NCBI GenBank assembly: GCA_051362555.1
Contig: CM120644.1
Location: forward strand, 21,102,534-21,166,533
Reading direction: 5' to 3'
From: Lingula anatina
Taxonomy: Eukaryota > Animalia > Brachiopoda
DNA length: 64,000 nt
The notes under the pieces were generated by a model, which ran no database searches, was not told the origin of the DNA, and was given only the letters and a program-made list of their open reading frames with translations. A program made the position numbers and the translations under genes. Below, one piece after another: positions 63,609-64,000 of this stretch; positions within the stretch are counted from its first letter, which is position 1, and each line of letters begins with the position of its first letter.

Positions 63609-63733
63609 CTACATGTAGCAGACGAACTCTGCCATGCGACATGTAATCTTGACATGGATGCAGCCGCTGTGGAACACGAGTCTGACGTCATTGATGGAGA
63701 ACGTATTCAGTCTTCTCGTGCACGGTTGAGTCA
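63609..63733 (-). CDS. Probable terminal coding exon of a gene entering from the right edge
   Basis: Acceptor TTTAATTTCAG, then a phase-1 open frame xTQPCTRRLNTFSINDVRLVFHSGCIHVKITCRMAEFVCYM* with coding-like GC content; no family recognised. Confidence 0.45.
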
Positions 63734-63861
63734 CTGAAATTAAACAAAAACACTTTACAAAACGATCTCTACGGGTTGTTTTCATAAAGCAGTTTTAAAT
63801 ATAATGAACCCGATTTCGATAGTAATATTCAACAAATCGTTTTTCAACTTCTAATTTATAC

Positions 63862-63863
<2 letters not shown>

Positions 63864-63906
<43 letters not shown>
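63864..63906. repeat. (TA)n microsatellite
   Basis: Direct observation. Confidence 0.95.
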
Positions 63907-63907
<1 letters not shown>

Positions 63908-64000
63908 TGCGGTATATTTTATGTAATCATGGACGTTAAAACAATACCATTTCTATTATTTTACATCATGTTCACACTGTAACCCGACAATATTCTGTGT

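Overview
AT-rich, repeat-dense animal genomic DNA with spliceosomal introns, probably an invertebrate such as a mollusc (inferred from repeat types, not proven). Coding content: one intact intronless UDP-glycosyltransferase (10977-12560, -); a decayed multi-exon OXSR1/STK39 (OSR1/SPAK)-type kinase pseudogene (13633-25781, -); a compact 7-exon orphan gene of about 140 aa missed by the ORF track (53906-56579, +); a signal-peptide first exon at the left edge; and a probable terminal exon at the right edge. Mobile elements: a 5'-truncated RTE-clade LINE with an open RT frame, an intron-containing Ginger1 (Gypsy-integrase-type) DNA transposon relic ending in ACA|CCGG, several Harbinger-like and hAT-like MITEs, and a hairpin-ended Crypton-like insertion. 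Two large tandem arrays dominate. The first is a 6.4-kb array of 37-39-bp units in which each unit is a copy of the kinase's own splice-acceptor/exon-start junction (branch-point motif, AG|GTTTTAATGCTGA). The second is a ~10-kb higher-order satellite (~180-bp monomers inside ~0.97-kb units). An old ~3.3-kb duplication (32.8-36.2 kb vs 58.9-62.0 kb) preserves a tRNA-Met-derived Pol III-like cassette far better than its flanks. All calls were made by eye; no database searches were run.
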